From Monocercomonoides exilis PA203 (lineage: Eukaryota > Protista > Preaxostyla): a stretch of 64,000 nucleotides of DNA. Shown here in pieces: positions 10,696 through 21,372 of this stretch. Location of the stretch: the NCBI GenBank assembly GCA_001643675.2, contig LSRY02000001.1, forward strand, positions 248,001-312,000, in the 5' to 3' direction. A model generated the notes under the pieces. That model saw nothing but the letters and a program-made list of their open reading frames with translations. It had not been told where the DNA came from and did no database searches. The stretch's first letter is position 1, and each line of letters starts with the position of its first letter. A program made the translations under genes and the position numbers.

Positions 10696-10880
10696 GGCAA
10701 GTTACAAGTATATGGACCATCGATAAAATAATTTTTATATATTTTTAATGAAACAAAATGGAATATTAATTTATTTAAAATAAGTTATTTTTGTCGAAAA
10801 AGTGTTTTTAACAATTTTCCATTTTTCTTTTGATCAATCCCATAACATTTTCTTGTTTTTAACAGATTTGAAATTTTTGT
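10696..10880 (+). mobile_element. Merlin/IS1595-type transposon end (~185 bp)
   Basis: Starts GGCAAGTTACAAGTATATGGACC and is a near-identical inverted copy of 22555-22739, the end upstream of the IS1595-family transposase. Confidence 0.8.
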
Positions 10881-11610
10881 TTATTTTTCGAAAAAATCTT
10901 TCTTCGATCTTTAATGTGCTTTGGATAAAACAAGAATTTATTGATAGAACGCAGTGAGACAGGTTTTGCTCCGAAATAATGAGTTTGATCTTAAATTATG
11001 GGTGGTTTGAGTGAAAAACTTCGCCCTCCCAAATGACGTGGAAAAAAGGGCGAGATGAAAAAACAAAACAATAGCATTAAAAATTAATAATAATAATAAA
11101 ATAAAATAATGCATTGTCCGCTTCACTTCACCACCGACTTCGCCTTTTGCCATGGTCTCGAAGACCAGAGGGCAGGGGGCATACCCCTCGGAGCTCTCAC
11201 CTGCAGGCTGTGCAGGGATCCGGTGAGGCGAGTGTTCTGTTCGGAGCAGAAAGAAAAACCACTCTCGCTTTCGCGAGGCGTGGAAAAAGAAAACTGCGTG
11301 TATTATGCTCTGCCTCCCGCTCTTCTGCTGCATCAGCAGAGCAACCCCAATCATCACACACTGCATATTTAATATTCAATTCTTCTCTGTAAAAACAATA
11401 CTAATCTTGTAATGGAGTAGGATCATGCTTGAACTTTTATTTGTTTCCATGTTTCTTTAAACAGGTTCTAGGTGCACTTGATATCTCTGGACGGATTATC
11501 TCTTTCTATCTCCTCTGCTATCTCGCCACTTTTTTCTCGTCCTATTCTTCACCCTGTGTTTCTCTCTCATCTCGCACCCAGCCGCTCTGAGTCTCTCCAT
11601 CCGCGTTAGT

Positions 11611-11709
11611 ATTATTTCGGAGCAAAACCTGTCTCACTGCGTTCTATCAATTCGCAATAGAGCGAATATCCGAACGCAAGGAGCAGGTTTGCTCCTCAAT
11701 AATGAGTTT
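11611..11709 (-). repeat. DIRS-B internal complementary region (ICR)
   Basis: 11611-11651 is the reverse complement of 10940-10980, and 11650-11709 is the reverse complement of 17032-17091. Confidence 0.95.
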
Positions 11710-11817
11710 TGAAAACCCTCGTTCTCTTCTCTCCTCTGATCTTAAACCCTCTTGCCTAGCACTTTGTCGTGCGGCGGATGAACAGAGGGACTGCGGATGA
11801 AGGTGCGGCCTCTATTC

Positions 11818-14800
11818 CTACTCCCTCCCCCTCTTGCGCTGTTTTCGGGGGGTTCTCGATCGGGTCTTCCGTACTTGAGCGGGCATAATAATTTGTCCTA
11901 TGCTTCTCTCTCCGCGTTTCCTCCGATCGGTCTCGAGTTTCTTCTGCAAGGCAGGTTGTCTGCCCTCCGCCAGCTCCATGATGCTGCGGGGAATTATGGA
12001 CGGTGTCTCATCACCCCTGGTGGGTTGTGTTATATCGTCCTCATGATGCGAACTCTTCTCTCGAGTCGGCCCTCGTCTCTTCGAATTCTTTCTCTCGCTC
12101 GTCTCCGCTTCTCCCCCGGATTGTGATGTTTCTTTAGGTAATTCCTTAGTTTCAGATTCTGTATTCTCATTTGAAATTTCTTTTCCTTTGCTGTCCTTCT
12201 CCGACTTTCCTCCCTTCTCTGCCAGGGGTACTGGGCCACCGATTGTCTCCAGGATCCATCTCGTGTCCTGAACTGGTAACACGGTGTAATACTCCTGGGC
12301 TACTCTAGAGCCTGGCGCCCATCTCGCGTACGCATTGATTGCTTTCCAATCTGCAGCTTGTTGTCTTGCTAAGTGCGTTATCACAGCGTGTCTTATCGAG
12401 TACGCGGTAAATGTGTCGGGTATTCCGTTCTCTCTCAGGACAGCCACTAGTTCTTCCTTAATCCTCTGCAAATTTGCAGGTTGCCTCTCTCTGATATCGA
12501 ACCAAACATGTTCGTCTCTAAGGGTTGTCTTTGTATAATCCATCCAGCGTTGGAGCGCTACAACCGCATCGATACGTGGGTTTGGATGCTTATTTATAAT
12601 AACCTTAACAGTCTCTCCCCTGATGTCTTTGTTTGTACTTGTGTCTGGACTAGATTCTCTTTAAATATCGTTGTCCCTCTTCTCATCCTCTCCAGCTCTG
12701 CTGGTCTTAACGCACCAAATATCATAGTTAAAATGAGAGCCCTCCTCTGGAGGGTCTGTGGGTCTTTCATATCGTGAGTGGCTTCTGCCCATTTCGTGAT
12801 GATTGTCAAGTCCCACATCGATTTGTATCGATTGCCTCTTCTTGGTTTCTCCCCACATAGGTTTTAAGAAATATCTCTATGTCTTTCACGTCAACCTTAG
12901 TCTTTCTGAAGAGGTTAATAGAATCCAGCACCTTCCGTACTGTCTGATTTATCACTCCACTTGAGAGGTTTGTATTCGAGAGTGTTTCGATGAACTCTGC
13001 CATAATCCATTTTGCATCTTTCGTTGTGAGGGGGTCAGTGTCATCCATACTCTCTCTATCTAGAAATTGCTTGAATCTTCTCAGCGCTCTCCACGTATCT
13101 CTCTCACTCTTCTGATTTCTAAGTATTGCTGCTGCTATGTCTTTTGCTCCAACGTGTTCTCCCCATGTTAAGAAGAGGTCTCTCCCCTGAATATTCTCTT
13201 CTCCAGTATAACGCTTATTTCCTCTCCTGGGGGTAATTTCCAGCCTTCCCTTCTCATCTTCATTCCTGGTATCATGCACTCCTGAAAGGTCCCCAGGGTC
13301 TTTGTCAAATGCCCAGGCTGCAGTAGCGGGGTCCAGGTCTGCCCCCGCCAGGCTGGCAGAATCAGAATCGTCAGATTCCTCTGAGCTTCGTTCATCTTCT
13401 CTTTCAGGTTCCGTCCAATGTTTCTCAGGAACGGGTGGACTAGGACTATGTCGTCTTCTGCTGTTCTTTTCTCTCTCTTCCTTCTCATGGAGGATAGTCT
13501 CCAAGTACTTCCGCAGGGCACCGGCGCAATCTGTTCTGAAATTGTATCTAGTGTTCTCGGTGCGATTGTCTGTAATATCTCTGCGACTTTCTCCCCCTTC
13601 AGTGCATAGTCCGGCTTCTTCGCCATCCGGCTGAGTGCATCTGCTTCCGTGTTCTGCTCTCCCGGGAGATGTTCCGTCTGTATTGTCAAGTCCAGGCTGT
13701 TCAGTTTCTTCTCCAATGCTCTCAGTGTTGGGATGAGCGATGGCGCTCCCCTTTTCTTCTGGATTGTCCATCTCGTGGACATGTTGTCTGTCTTCAGACG
13801 AATATGATCTATCTTCTGTTCTTTCAGCCATGCTCCTTTCCTTTCCAAAGTCCTCAACACTGCTCTGGACTCCTTCTCGTTTATCGCTAATGCGCTCTCC
13901 TGGAGGGTCCAACTCCCGTGGACATATATCTTCTCCTCTTTGTTCTCTGTTGGTATTGTCAATACTGCACCCCATCCCAGCTCTGAAGCGTCCGTTGTTA
14001 GCTCTGCTGGTCTGTTCCTTCTCTTCAGACTCCTTGGTCTGTTCTCTCGCAGAGTTTTCCTCCAATGTGTTAGTTCTCCTAACATCATTGGGTTGGGTAT
14101 CACCTTTCCATTCCAGCCTCCGCGGGCTATTGCATGCCTCAGTACGTATTGCATGCGTTTCATCCACAGGCTCGCTGGTGGGTGTTGTAACCTCACAAAA
14201 TTCAGCCTCCCGAGGAGGGCTGCTAGGTCCTTCGTCTTTTGTCTCCTCCTCTTCTTTGCATGTGCTATCCACTTTCGCACATCCTCCAGGAGCAGCACTC
14301 TCTTCCTCTCTTGGAGCGTCACTTCCATCTTCTCTGAATTCCAACTCCATCCCAAAAACTCCACGCTCCTTGCGGGTTCCAAATTCAGCTTCTCCTCCGA
14401 CAGTATCCAGCCCATATTTCTCAGGAACTGGGCTATCTCCTGTGAGATCGATCTCAATGCAACCCTGTCTGGGTGCATGAGGAGGATGTCGTCCAGATAT
14501 ATCACCAGCTTTACCTTCCAATGTTCTCTGATATATGACGCTGCCCGTCTCATTATCTTCGTGAATACTCTGGGCGCGTCCTTTGCTCCAAATGGCATCC
14601 CCACGTAAGTGTAGCATTGCTTTTGGAAGCTGAAGCACAGAAAGGGACTGAACTGCTCGTCCACTTTGACATGTTGATAAGCACTTGATATGTCGAGCGT
14701 AGTCATCCAATCGTTCTCCTCCAGGAGTTCCACAACTGTCTCCTGGGAATCCATCTTGAAGTGTTTCCCTAGCACTTCCTCGTTTAAAATTCTGCAATCC

Positions 14801-15700
14801 AGAATCTTCCTCCACTTTCCGTTCTTCTTCCGGACCATAAATGTCGGGTTGAACCACTTTACCTCCGACTCCTGTATGGGTTTCACCACTCCTTCTTTCA
14901 ATTCCTCCTCTAAGAGGGATAAATAATTGTTTGTCATCTCTGTTGTTCCCCGAAACTCTTGTCTGTGTTTTTTCTCCTCGAGTGAGATTGGGGATTGGGG
15001 ATCTTTCCATCGGGCTTTTATACCACGGCTCACTAGTTTGTCTCCCCCAATCTTCCTCCACTCGTTCAGCCTGTTCACTAGTCTCCCAGGAAGTGGCTCC
15101 TTCGGTGGTCCCACTGCTACGCAACTCCCCACTTCTGGTGTCTTTTGACCAGTCTGGATCTGTGCGGTCTCTTTCCCTTCGAGAGTATCTGCCGCAGCTA
15201 TCTTCCAGCTCTCCTCCAGGACGCTCCCAATTAGGGACTCGATAACAGTCCCAGAAGCTCTCAAGGCTCTCTTCACTACCTCCCTCTCGGGTTCCTGATC
15301 GTTCATCTGTACTGTCCCGTGGGGATATACGGAGTCTTCCTCTGTGTTTACTCTCCCTGTTCCCATCTCGCGATCTATCGAGCTTTCTATCTCTATCCTC
15401 TTCTTTCGGTCGGAAGGGCTCAGTGCCCCTTCGTTGCTCTCGCAGACTTCCAAGGGTTCCTCCCCTGTGATCGTCTGTCGATCGATTGGGACCTCCCGTA
15501 GTACTGTCATTCCCTTGAGCTCTGACAGCATCATGTCCGTTCCTGTCTCGCGGCGAAGCGCGGCTCTCTCTTCTCTCTCTGTCTCGCGGCGAAGCGCGGC
15601 TCTCTCTTCTCTCTCTATCTCGCGGCAAAGCGCGGCTCTCTCTTCTCTCTCTATCTCGCGGCAAAGCGCGGCTCTCTCTTCTCTCTCTATCTCGCGGCAA
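11818..15700 (-). pseudogene. DIRS-B ORF3: long overlapping ORF plus tyrosine recombinase, two 1-nt deletions (~12846, ~12610)
   Basis: The 964-aa ORF continues as KPRRGNRYKSMWDL...GALRPAEL...QTKT in the next frame, then VKVIINKH...YSIRHAVIT...ARWAPGSRVAQEYY in the third frame. Confidence 0.88.
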
Positions 15701-15723
15701 AGCGCGGCTCTCTTCACGCCCAC
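13168..15723 (-). CDS. DIRS-B ORF2: reverse transcriptase-RNase H-degenerate methyltransferase (851 aa, intact)
   Basis: RT motifs FNPTFMVRKKNGKWRKILDCRILN, TLDISSAY, GMPFG, IYLDD and EFLG. RNase H motifs TTDASELGWG, INEKE, TDN and HLPGEQNTEADALSR. C-terminal VHP...ILPAWRGQTW. Confidence 0.95.
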   Translation of the reverse strand: MGVKRAALCREIEREERAALCREIEREERAALCREIEREERAALRRETEREERAALRRETGTDMMLSELKGMTVLREVPIDRQTITGEEPLEVCESNEGALSPSDRKKRIEIESSIDREMGTGRVNTEEDSVYPHGTVQMNDQEPEREVVKRALRASGTVIESLIGSVLEESWKIAAADTLEGKETAQIQTGQKTPEVGSCVAVGPPKEPLPGRLVNRLNEWRKIGGDKLVSRGIKARWKDPQSPISLEEKKHRQEFRGTTEMTNNYLSLLEEELKEGVVKPIQESEVKWFNPTFMVRKKNGKWRKILDCRILNEEVLGKHFKMDSQETVVELLEENDWMTTLDISSAYQHVKVDEQFSPFLCFSFQKQCYTYVGMPFGAKDAPRVFTKIMRRAASYIREHWKVKLVIYLDDILLMHPDRVALRSISQEIAQFLRNMGWILSEEKLNLEPARSVEFLGWSWNSEKMEVTLQERKRVLLLEDVRKWIAHAKKRRRQKTKDLAALLGRLNFVRLQHPPASLWMKRMQYVLRHAIARGGWNGKVIPNPMMLGELTHWRKTLRENRPRSLKRRNRPAELTTDASELGWGAVLTIPTENKEEKIYVHGSWTLQESALAINEKESRAVLRTLERKGAWLKEQKIDHIRLKTDNMSTRWTIQKKRGAPSLIPTLRALEKKLNSLDLTIQTEHLPGEQNTEADALSRMAKKPDYALKGEKVAEILQTIAPRTLDTISEQIAPVPCGSTWRLSSMRRKREKRTAEDDIVLVHPFLRNIGRNLKEKMNEAQRNLTILILPAWRGQTWTPLLQPGHLTKTLGTFQECMIPGMKMRREGWKLPPGEEISVILEKRIFRGETSS
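15546..15713 (-). repeat. 36-bp tandem repeat (~4.7 copies) in the dual-coding start of ORF2/ORF3
   Basis: Unit TCTCGCGGCAAAGCGCGGCTCTCTCTTCTCTCTCTA. It encodes RAALCREIEREE in ORF2 and PRDRERRESRAL in ORF3. Confidence 0.92.
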
Positions 15724-16967
15724 TGGCTCGTTCCAGAAGCTGTTCCTGCTGCTGATTCTCCCTGTATCCTCGGGGGAGCTGGAGGAAGGGGTACTATGAA
15801 CAAGGGCGCTCTCCCAGCTGTTGCTGGGGCCTGTTGTGGTCGAGCTTGTGTTGACCTCCTTCTCTGTTTGAAATTTGAGAAGCTCCCTTCGAAACCTTGC
15901 TTCTGGAATTGTCTGTAGGCAAAACCTTGAGCGTTTCTGCCTGTGCTGTACTTTCCTGGGCGCAAGCCCCTGACTGGGGCGGGTCCGAAGGTTGTGGAAG
16001 AAACGGGGGATGCTCCGTACCCTGAAGCATCCCCCCCTGGACGAAAAAAGCTGGTGCTATCCACTAATCTCCTAAAACTCTCTGGGATGTCCTTGGACAT
16101 TCCCCCGTCCAGAAAACACTTCACATTCTCCCAGTATGACTGGGGAATAACTTCTAATAGATTAATCCGGCTAATACAGTCTGCTATAAGGGCGTACGCG
16201 CAAAAGAGCCCCCTCAGTCGCTCTTTCCCTTCTTCCTCTAGGCGCGTCTTTTTCAATTCTCTTGTAGTGAGGGCTGCAATCGCCTTCGCGGCTTCAAACC
16301 CCGATTCCAGGGCGGGCTGAAGCAGCTCGATAACCCGAGCGGCTTCTGGAGAGTCTTTTCTTCCCTCAGCAGTAACCCCCGTCACTGCTAAGGCGTTCCA
16401 ACTGATGTCAGTGTGTCTTGTAAAAAAGTTCTTCTCCGTCTCCGGGATAAAGGTGTTCAGGATATCATCATTTATTCTGATAGATCCGGCTTTGCAAAAG
16501 TCCATGAATCTCTTCAGTTCTCCTGCTTGTCTCCTAGGCGTTAACCATTCGTCTGGGAAAATTCCCAAGAAATCTTCGGATCTATCTTGCTCTTCTTCCC
16601 GCTTTTCTGAGTTTTCGGAGTCGCTCTCGCTTGTTTCTACATCGTCCCATTTCTTCATCTGGTTACGTCCGCGACTGCCCCTCAATCGCTGTCTGTGTCT
16701 TTTCTTTGCAATCATCTCTGTGTCATCAGATTCGGACTCAGATTCGCTTGATCTCGATAGAGATCTTCCTCTTGGTCGTTCCCTCTTCGTCTTTCTCATT
16801 GGTAATATTCCTACTGCTCCCGAGCGGCTCGGAACTGCTCGGCTTCTCGCCATTTCCTCAATCAAATTTTCTACTCTTGAAAGTCTAATTGCAAGATCAA
16901 ATCCTCTGTCCTCGCTGTCACTGGTTTCCATTCTAACAGGATCTTGTGTCATTATTGCTGCGGACAA
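15714..16967 (-). CDS. DIRS-B ORF1, gag-like protein (417 aa)
   Basis: First ORF inside the 5' ITR. Its stop overlaps the ORF2 ATG. It has Arg/Ser-rich and helical segments. The call rests on position. Confidence 0.75.
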   Translation of the reverse strand: MSAAIMTQDPVRMETSDSEDRGFDLAIRLSRVENLIEEMARSRAVPSRSGAVGILPMRKTKRERPRGRSLSRSSESESESDDTEMIAKKRHRQRLRGSRGRNQMKKWDDVETSESDSENSEKREEEQDRSEDFLGIFPDEWLTPRRQAGELKRFMDFCKAGSIRINDDILNTFIPETEKNFFTRHTDISWNALAVTGVTAEGRKDSPEAARVIELLQPALESGFEAAKAIAALTTRELKKTRLEEEGKERLRGLFCAYALIADCISRINLLEVIPQSYWENVKCFLDGGMSKDIPESFRRLVDSTSFFRPGGDASGYGASPVSSTTFGPAPVRGLRPGKYSTGRNAQGFAYRQFQKQGFEGSFSNFKQRRRSTQARPQQAPATAGRAPLFIVPLPPAPPRIQGESAAGTASGTSQWA

Positions 16968-17091
16968 TGGTGTTTAACAAAGGTTTATTTGTTAGCGAAG
17001 TTTGATCTTAAACCACCCATAATTTAAGATCAAACTCATTATTGAGGAGCAAACCTGCTCCTTGCGTTCGGATATTCGCTCTATTGCGAAT

Positions 17092-17560
17092 AATGCTTTT
17101 TATTACATAAATCGTAGAACGAAGAATCCGCTTTGCTTATTAACAGCGTTGTTCATTTTTATATTGCCTCTAGTTATGATTACGGAGAAGGAAAGAAGAA
17201 ATGCACAATTTCATTTGAAGCGGAGGAAGATAATATTGCTTTATTGATGGAGAACTTTTCGTAAAATGGAGCAGTTGAGCTATTTTGATGGAGATTCAGA
17301 GAACAACTATGAACGAAGAAATGGCACAAGAATGTGTGGAAATTTTTGTGAATGTTTTGGAAAGATTGAAAGAAAAGAATGAAGAAGAAGAAGAAGAGGA
17401 AGAAAAAGAAAAGAAGGAAAAGAGCTGAAAAGGAAAATGTTTAACTAGATGGAAGAAGGATACGAAGATTGCATCATTGGGCTGTGCCGTTTCATTTGTC
17501 ACGGTTTTTATGGAGAATTACAATTGATAAATGATTATCCATATTATTTTGTGTATTTAT
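17092..17560 (+). pseudogene. 3' fragment of the expanded lineage-specific gene family (host site of DIRS-B)
   Basis: Degenerate translation NEESALLINSVVHFYIAS...GAVELF.MEIQRTTMNEEMAQECVEIF...KEKNEEEEE aligns with the family copies at 18.0-19.3 kb and 36.8-38.2 kb. Confidence 0.7.
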
Positions 17561-18008
17561 AATTTATCTGCATTAACATTCACTTGATCTTTTTTTAATG
17601 ATATTTCGTGCAGAAAACTCATTTGTTCTGGAAACAAAGGAATTCTAATGTGCAAAATTAGATAAAAGTGCTTTTTCAAAGAATACCAATACTTTTCAAG
17701 AAAGATGAACATTTGTTTTAAAGTATATAATTTATAATAAGAAATAAGTAAAATCAACAGGAAAAGAATCAAATTTGTTGTATTTTTTTATTAATTTTGA
17801 GAAAGAATAAAATAATAAAATAAAATAAAAAATTTTTCACAAAAGCAACTAAAAAACAACAAAAAAATCCAAAACTCTTTCAATAATAAGCATCTCTGCT
17901 TTCAAATCTGAAATTGTCATTTCGAAATAATGGAGAATTAGGAAAACAGGTAGTTATTTCACAGCTCTGCTGATTTTTGAGTTACAAAGTGAAATGCATC
18001 TGATTTCT

Positions 18009-19320
18009 TCAGATATTCACAAAATAATCACAAACATTCAACGATAAACCACAATCATAATAACTTTAAAAAAACCCTTAAGCTTCATGAAAACTTGTGG
18101 TGATATCTTCGTATCCTTCTTCTTCCATCTTCTCAAATATTCTTCTTTTCAGCTCTTCTCTTTTCACCTCTTCCATTTCATCTTTCTCCTTAACTTTAAA
18201 TCTCCAATAAAATTTCTGAAAAAAATGTAAAGCATTCATATGCCATCTTGTAATCCAATGTTGGTTGCTGAATCTCTTCCAAAACAACATCAACAGCTCC
18301 ACTCTCCAGCAAGTCATCAACTTGCAAGCCTTTGCTTTTCGCTGCATATCTCAAGGAATAAATGCATTGATTGTTTATATCTCTGTAATTATCCTTCGCT
18401 GCTCCATATATCAGTACAATGCTGTTGATGATCCCAATAGATTCTTCATTCTTCACTCGACAACTTTGAAAATAAATCGCGAATGTTTCAATCCATCTTG
18501 TCAAAATAACCTCTTCTTTCGTTTCTTCTTTGCTCATTTCCTCTTTTTCTTCCAATCCACACACTTTGACAGATCTTCGATTTCTCTTCTTGCTTCTCTC
18601 GCAAAATGCAATTCATTTGTGCTAACTTCATCAAAGCTTTTGTCGTTGTAAAATCTGTGTAACAAAAAACCCAAGCAGACAAATAGGTGAGTTGAGTCAG
18701 GTTGTAATATTCCTGATTAAATTTCAAAATTTCCGTCATTTCCTTCATATTAAGCTCTTCAATCACAATGTAATAAAAACATGAAATAAATCAATAATGA
18801 AAAAAATGATATAGACTTGCACACACGTAATAATTGTCAATGTTCCTAAAAGTCAATAAAGCCATTTCCACATCCTTTTGAACCTCCTCCCCTTCTTCTT
18901 TCTTCAATGTGACTTTCAGATCGCATCGCACACAAATGTGAAGCATTTCAGTTTTGAAGATGTAACGAAAGGACATATAACATTCACAAAGATCTGAATA
19001 AATATTTTCACTTTTTTTCCTCTTTTTTCTTATCTTCATCGATAATCATCTTTTTTAATCTATCGCTCAACGAAGATCTTCTTAATCCTTAACGATAAAT
19101 ACTTTTCAGCACATTGCAATATCCTATATGCTTCAGCAACAAAATGACATTCTCCAAAGACAGTTTCTTTTCTTCAATCAATTTGTCCATTTTGTTGAAT
19201 GTTTCTTCGTTGATAATGGATTCGAGTCCATTAAAATTCATTTCATCAACTATTTCATTCATTTCCTCTATTTTCTGTTTCTTCTCGGCTCCAGTGAATT
19301 GTTCCAATTGGAAAGTTTCT
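18009..19320 (-). pseudogene. Expanded lineage-specific family gene, frameshifted
   Basis: ORF fragments EQFTGAEKKQKIEEMNEIVDEM, HIGYCNVLK, EEVQKDVEMALL, NLTQLTYLSAW and KMEEEGYED are paralogous to 36843-38219. Confidence 0.8.
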
Positions 19321-20775
19321 CTGAAAAAATTGAAAAATCAAAAAAGAAAAAAAGAAGCATTTATTTATTTTATCATTCGTTTCTAATAAATTCTGGCATA
19401 CCCAGAAATATTATTTTGTTTTAAAGAAACTACAAAATTGCAAAATTAATCTAAAACAATTAATAAATTCATTTTTGTATAATCGTGGTGCAATAGAATC
19501 AAAAGAATTAAAAATACCAAATCAAAATTTTTTAAATAACACTGGAGTCTAAACCTCTTTTGCCATCTATTATTTTTGCATCAGAACAAACAAATCTTTA
19601 TATTAAAAAATATTCTTTTGTTGGAGTAAATTAATAAGGCTGGCAAACCTATAATTTTATAAGTGATGATTTTTGATTGGTGATTTGCTGCAGCCAGAAC
19701 ATGTTTGAGCTGCTTAGGCACACAGCCACAGATGCACCCATGCGAGTTATAGCATTTCAGAAGAACAGGGATTTTGCTTGCGGAGTGAGGAGCGAGTGGC
19801 TATTTGCATCGATTGCTTGCGAAAAGTGAGTTAGTGGAGGAAGTTGCATGAAATATGAACATTGTTATTTAACGCAAAACATATGATGCAACACCAGATG
19901 CAATATTTTGAATGAAAAATAATTTAAGCAAGATGCAGAAAAAGCGAGGAGAATAACCGAAAGATTGAATTGAGCAGCTTGTTCATTTTGTGGGAAATTC
20001 AGCGCACTTGGCATATTTTTTGCGCAGGACATGTTTTGCGTGATTTTTTTGGGGGAAGGTTGATTTTGTGGAAAAGGAAAGGGAATTGAGGGGTTGGACA
20101 ATGAAGGAAGCGAACAGAGCGAAACACTCAGCAGGCCTCAACAACAAACACATTGCCATTAACGCGAAGCCCTTTGGAAAACTATCAGCAAAGACTTGAC
20201 GTTGTGTAAGTCTTTGAAAAGGAGTTAATTTGGAGAATATGTGTTTTCATTTGGAATCATGGCCAACTTCACAATGGATTCTCTGTGTTCGATGAAGTTC
20301 TATGCCAGCCATTTATTGTCCAGTTATCTGAATTTTTTATGTGAAGGTGAGACGCAATTTTGGAGAACAAGAAAACTTGCTGGGCTGATTATTTCGAGTG
20401 CATTGGAGATGGGAAAATATTTTAAGGATAAAAAAATGGTTTGACTCTTTTTATTTCATTCATTTTTCTTTTAAGTGTTTTTTGAATGAATACAGATTGG
20501 ACATGAACAGGAATACCACAAAGAGAAAAGCCATTTTTTCCTTTTTGAAAAGAATCAGAAGTTTTGAGAATGTTCTTATTTGGATTGCATTCAACAATAA
20601 CATTTGTGACTTCTGCCATCTGACTTGCGTGCTGCATAACATGACAATGCTTGACATGATCTTGAAAAAGAAGAAGCAGTTTATTTGGCATTTTTGTTGA
20701 GAATGTTTTGCAGTTGCGACTCTTTTGTCGGAGCACATGAGCTGGCTGAGCATTCACATCCAGAACGCATTCAGT
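18009..20775. repeat. Dispersed ~2.8-kb duplicated module, copy 1 (copy 2 at ~36840-39680)
   Basis: Collinear similarity extends ~1.45 kb upstream of the family gene. For example, GCACTTGGCATATTTTTTGCGCAGGACATGTTTTGCGTGATTTTT occurs at ~20004 and ~38907. Confidence 0.85.
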
Positions 20776-21270
20776 TTTTTCTATCTCGCAACATGACTTG
20801 GAAAAGCTGGCATCTTCTATTTTTCTTCATTTTCTTCTTCTTCTTCTTCCTCCTCTTCCTCTTCCTCTTCCATTTCTCCTCCTCTTTCACCAACAACTCA
20901 ATCTTCATATCTTCCTTCTTCCACATTCACCCAAACACCCACCACACAAAATGCAAACACTTCAAATGCTTCTGTCTCCTCTTCAGCAACATTGCAATCT
21001 ACTTCTTCTCCATCTTCATCCTCTTCACCGTCTTATTTTTATTCTTCTTCTCCATCTTCTGCATCTTCTCCTTCTGACGAATTGCAATCGCAACCTTCGC
21101 TTTCCAATGCAAGTGCTTCGTATGCTTCTTTCCCATTGCATTGTTCGCCTCAGACTTCAACAACAAGCTCATTTCCAACAGAAACGCAATGATCTTTGGA
21201 AAATCACTCTGAGAATGCTCAAAAAGTCCAGGTTGCATCATTCAGTCTGTTTGATTTACCAATTTCTTCT

Positions 21271-21372
21271 TCATCCTCTTCTTCTTCTTCTTCTTCTTCT
21301 CCCTCTTCTCCCTCTTCTCCCTCTTCTCCCTCTTCTCCCTCTTCTCCCTCTTCTCCCTCTTCTCCCTCTTCT
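21271..21372. repeat. (TCT)n / (CCCTCTTCT)n tandem repeat
   Basis: Directly visible 9-bp unit, ~8 copies. Confidence 0.9.

Larger units (their letters stand above)
10940..17091 (-). mobile_element. DIRS1-like tyrosine-recombinase retrotransposon (DIRS-B), full length
   Basis: Gag-like ORF, RT-RH-MT ORF and overlapping YR ORF on the minus strand. A 34-bp ITR pairs 10975-11008 with 17010-17043. ICR 11611-11709 is complementary to both termini, with an AT dinucleotide at both junctions. Confidence 0.95.

Noticed and set aside
11140-11345. Hammerhead ribozyme call
   Set aside because: No CUGANGA...GAAA core was found by eye; the nearest is CTGATGC on the minus strand. Kept only as an unclassified structured region.
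15546-15713. 36-bp repeats as a CRISPR array
   Set aside because: The units are directly adjacent with no spacers, there are no cas genes, and the context is eukaryotic coding sequence.
324-17091. Bacterial retron/DGR/phage origin of the RT + MT + YR genes
   Set aside because: The ITR-ICR architecture, gag ORF and LTR-type RT-RNase H identify DIRS retrotransposons, and the flanks are eukaryotic host sequence.
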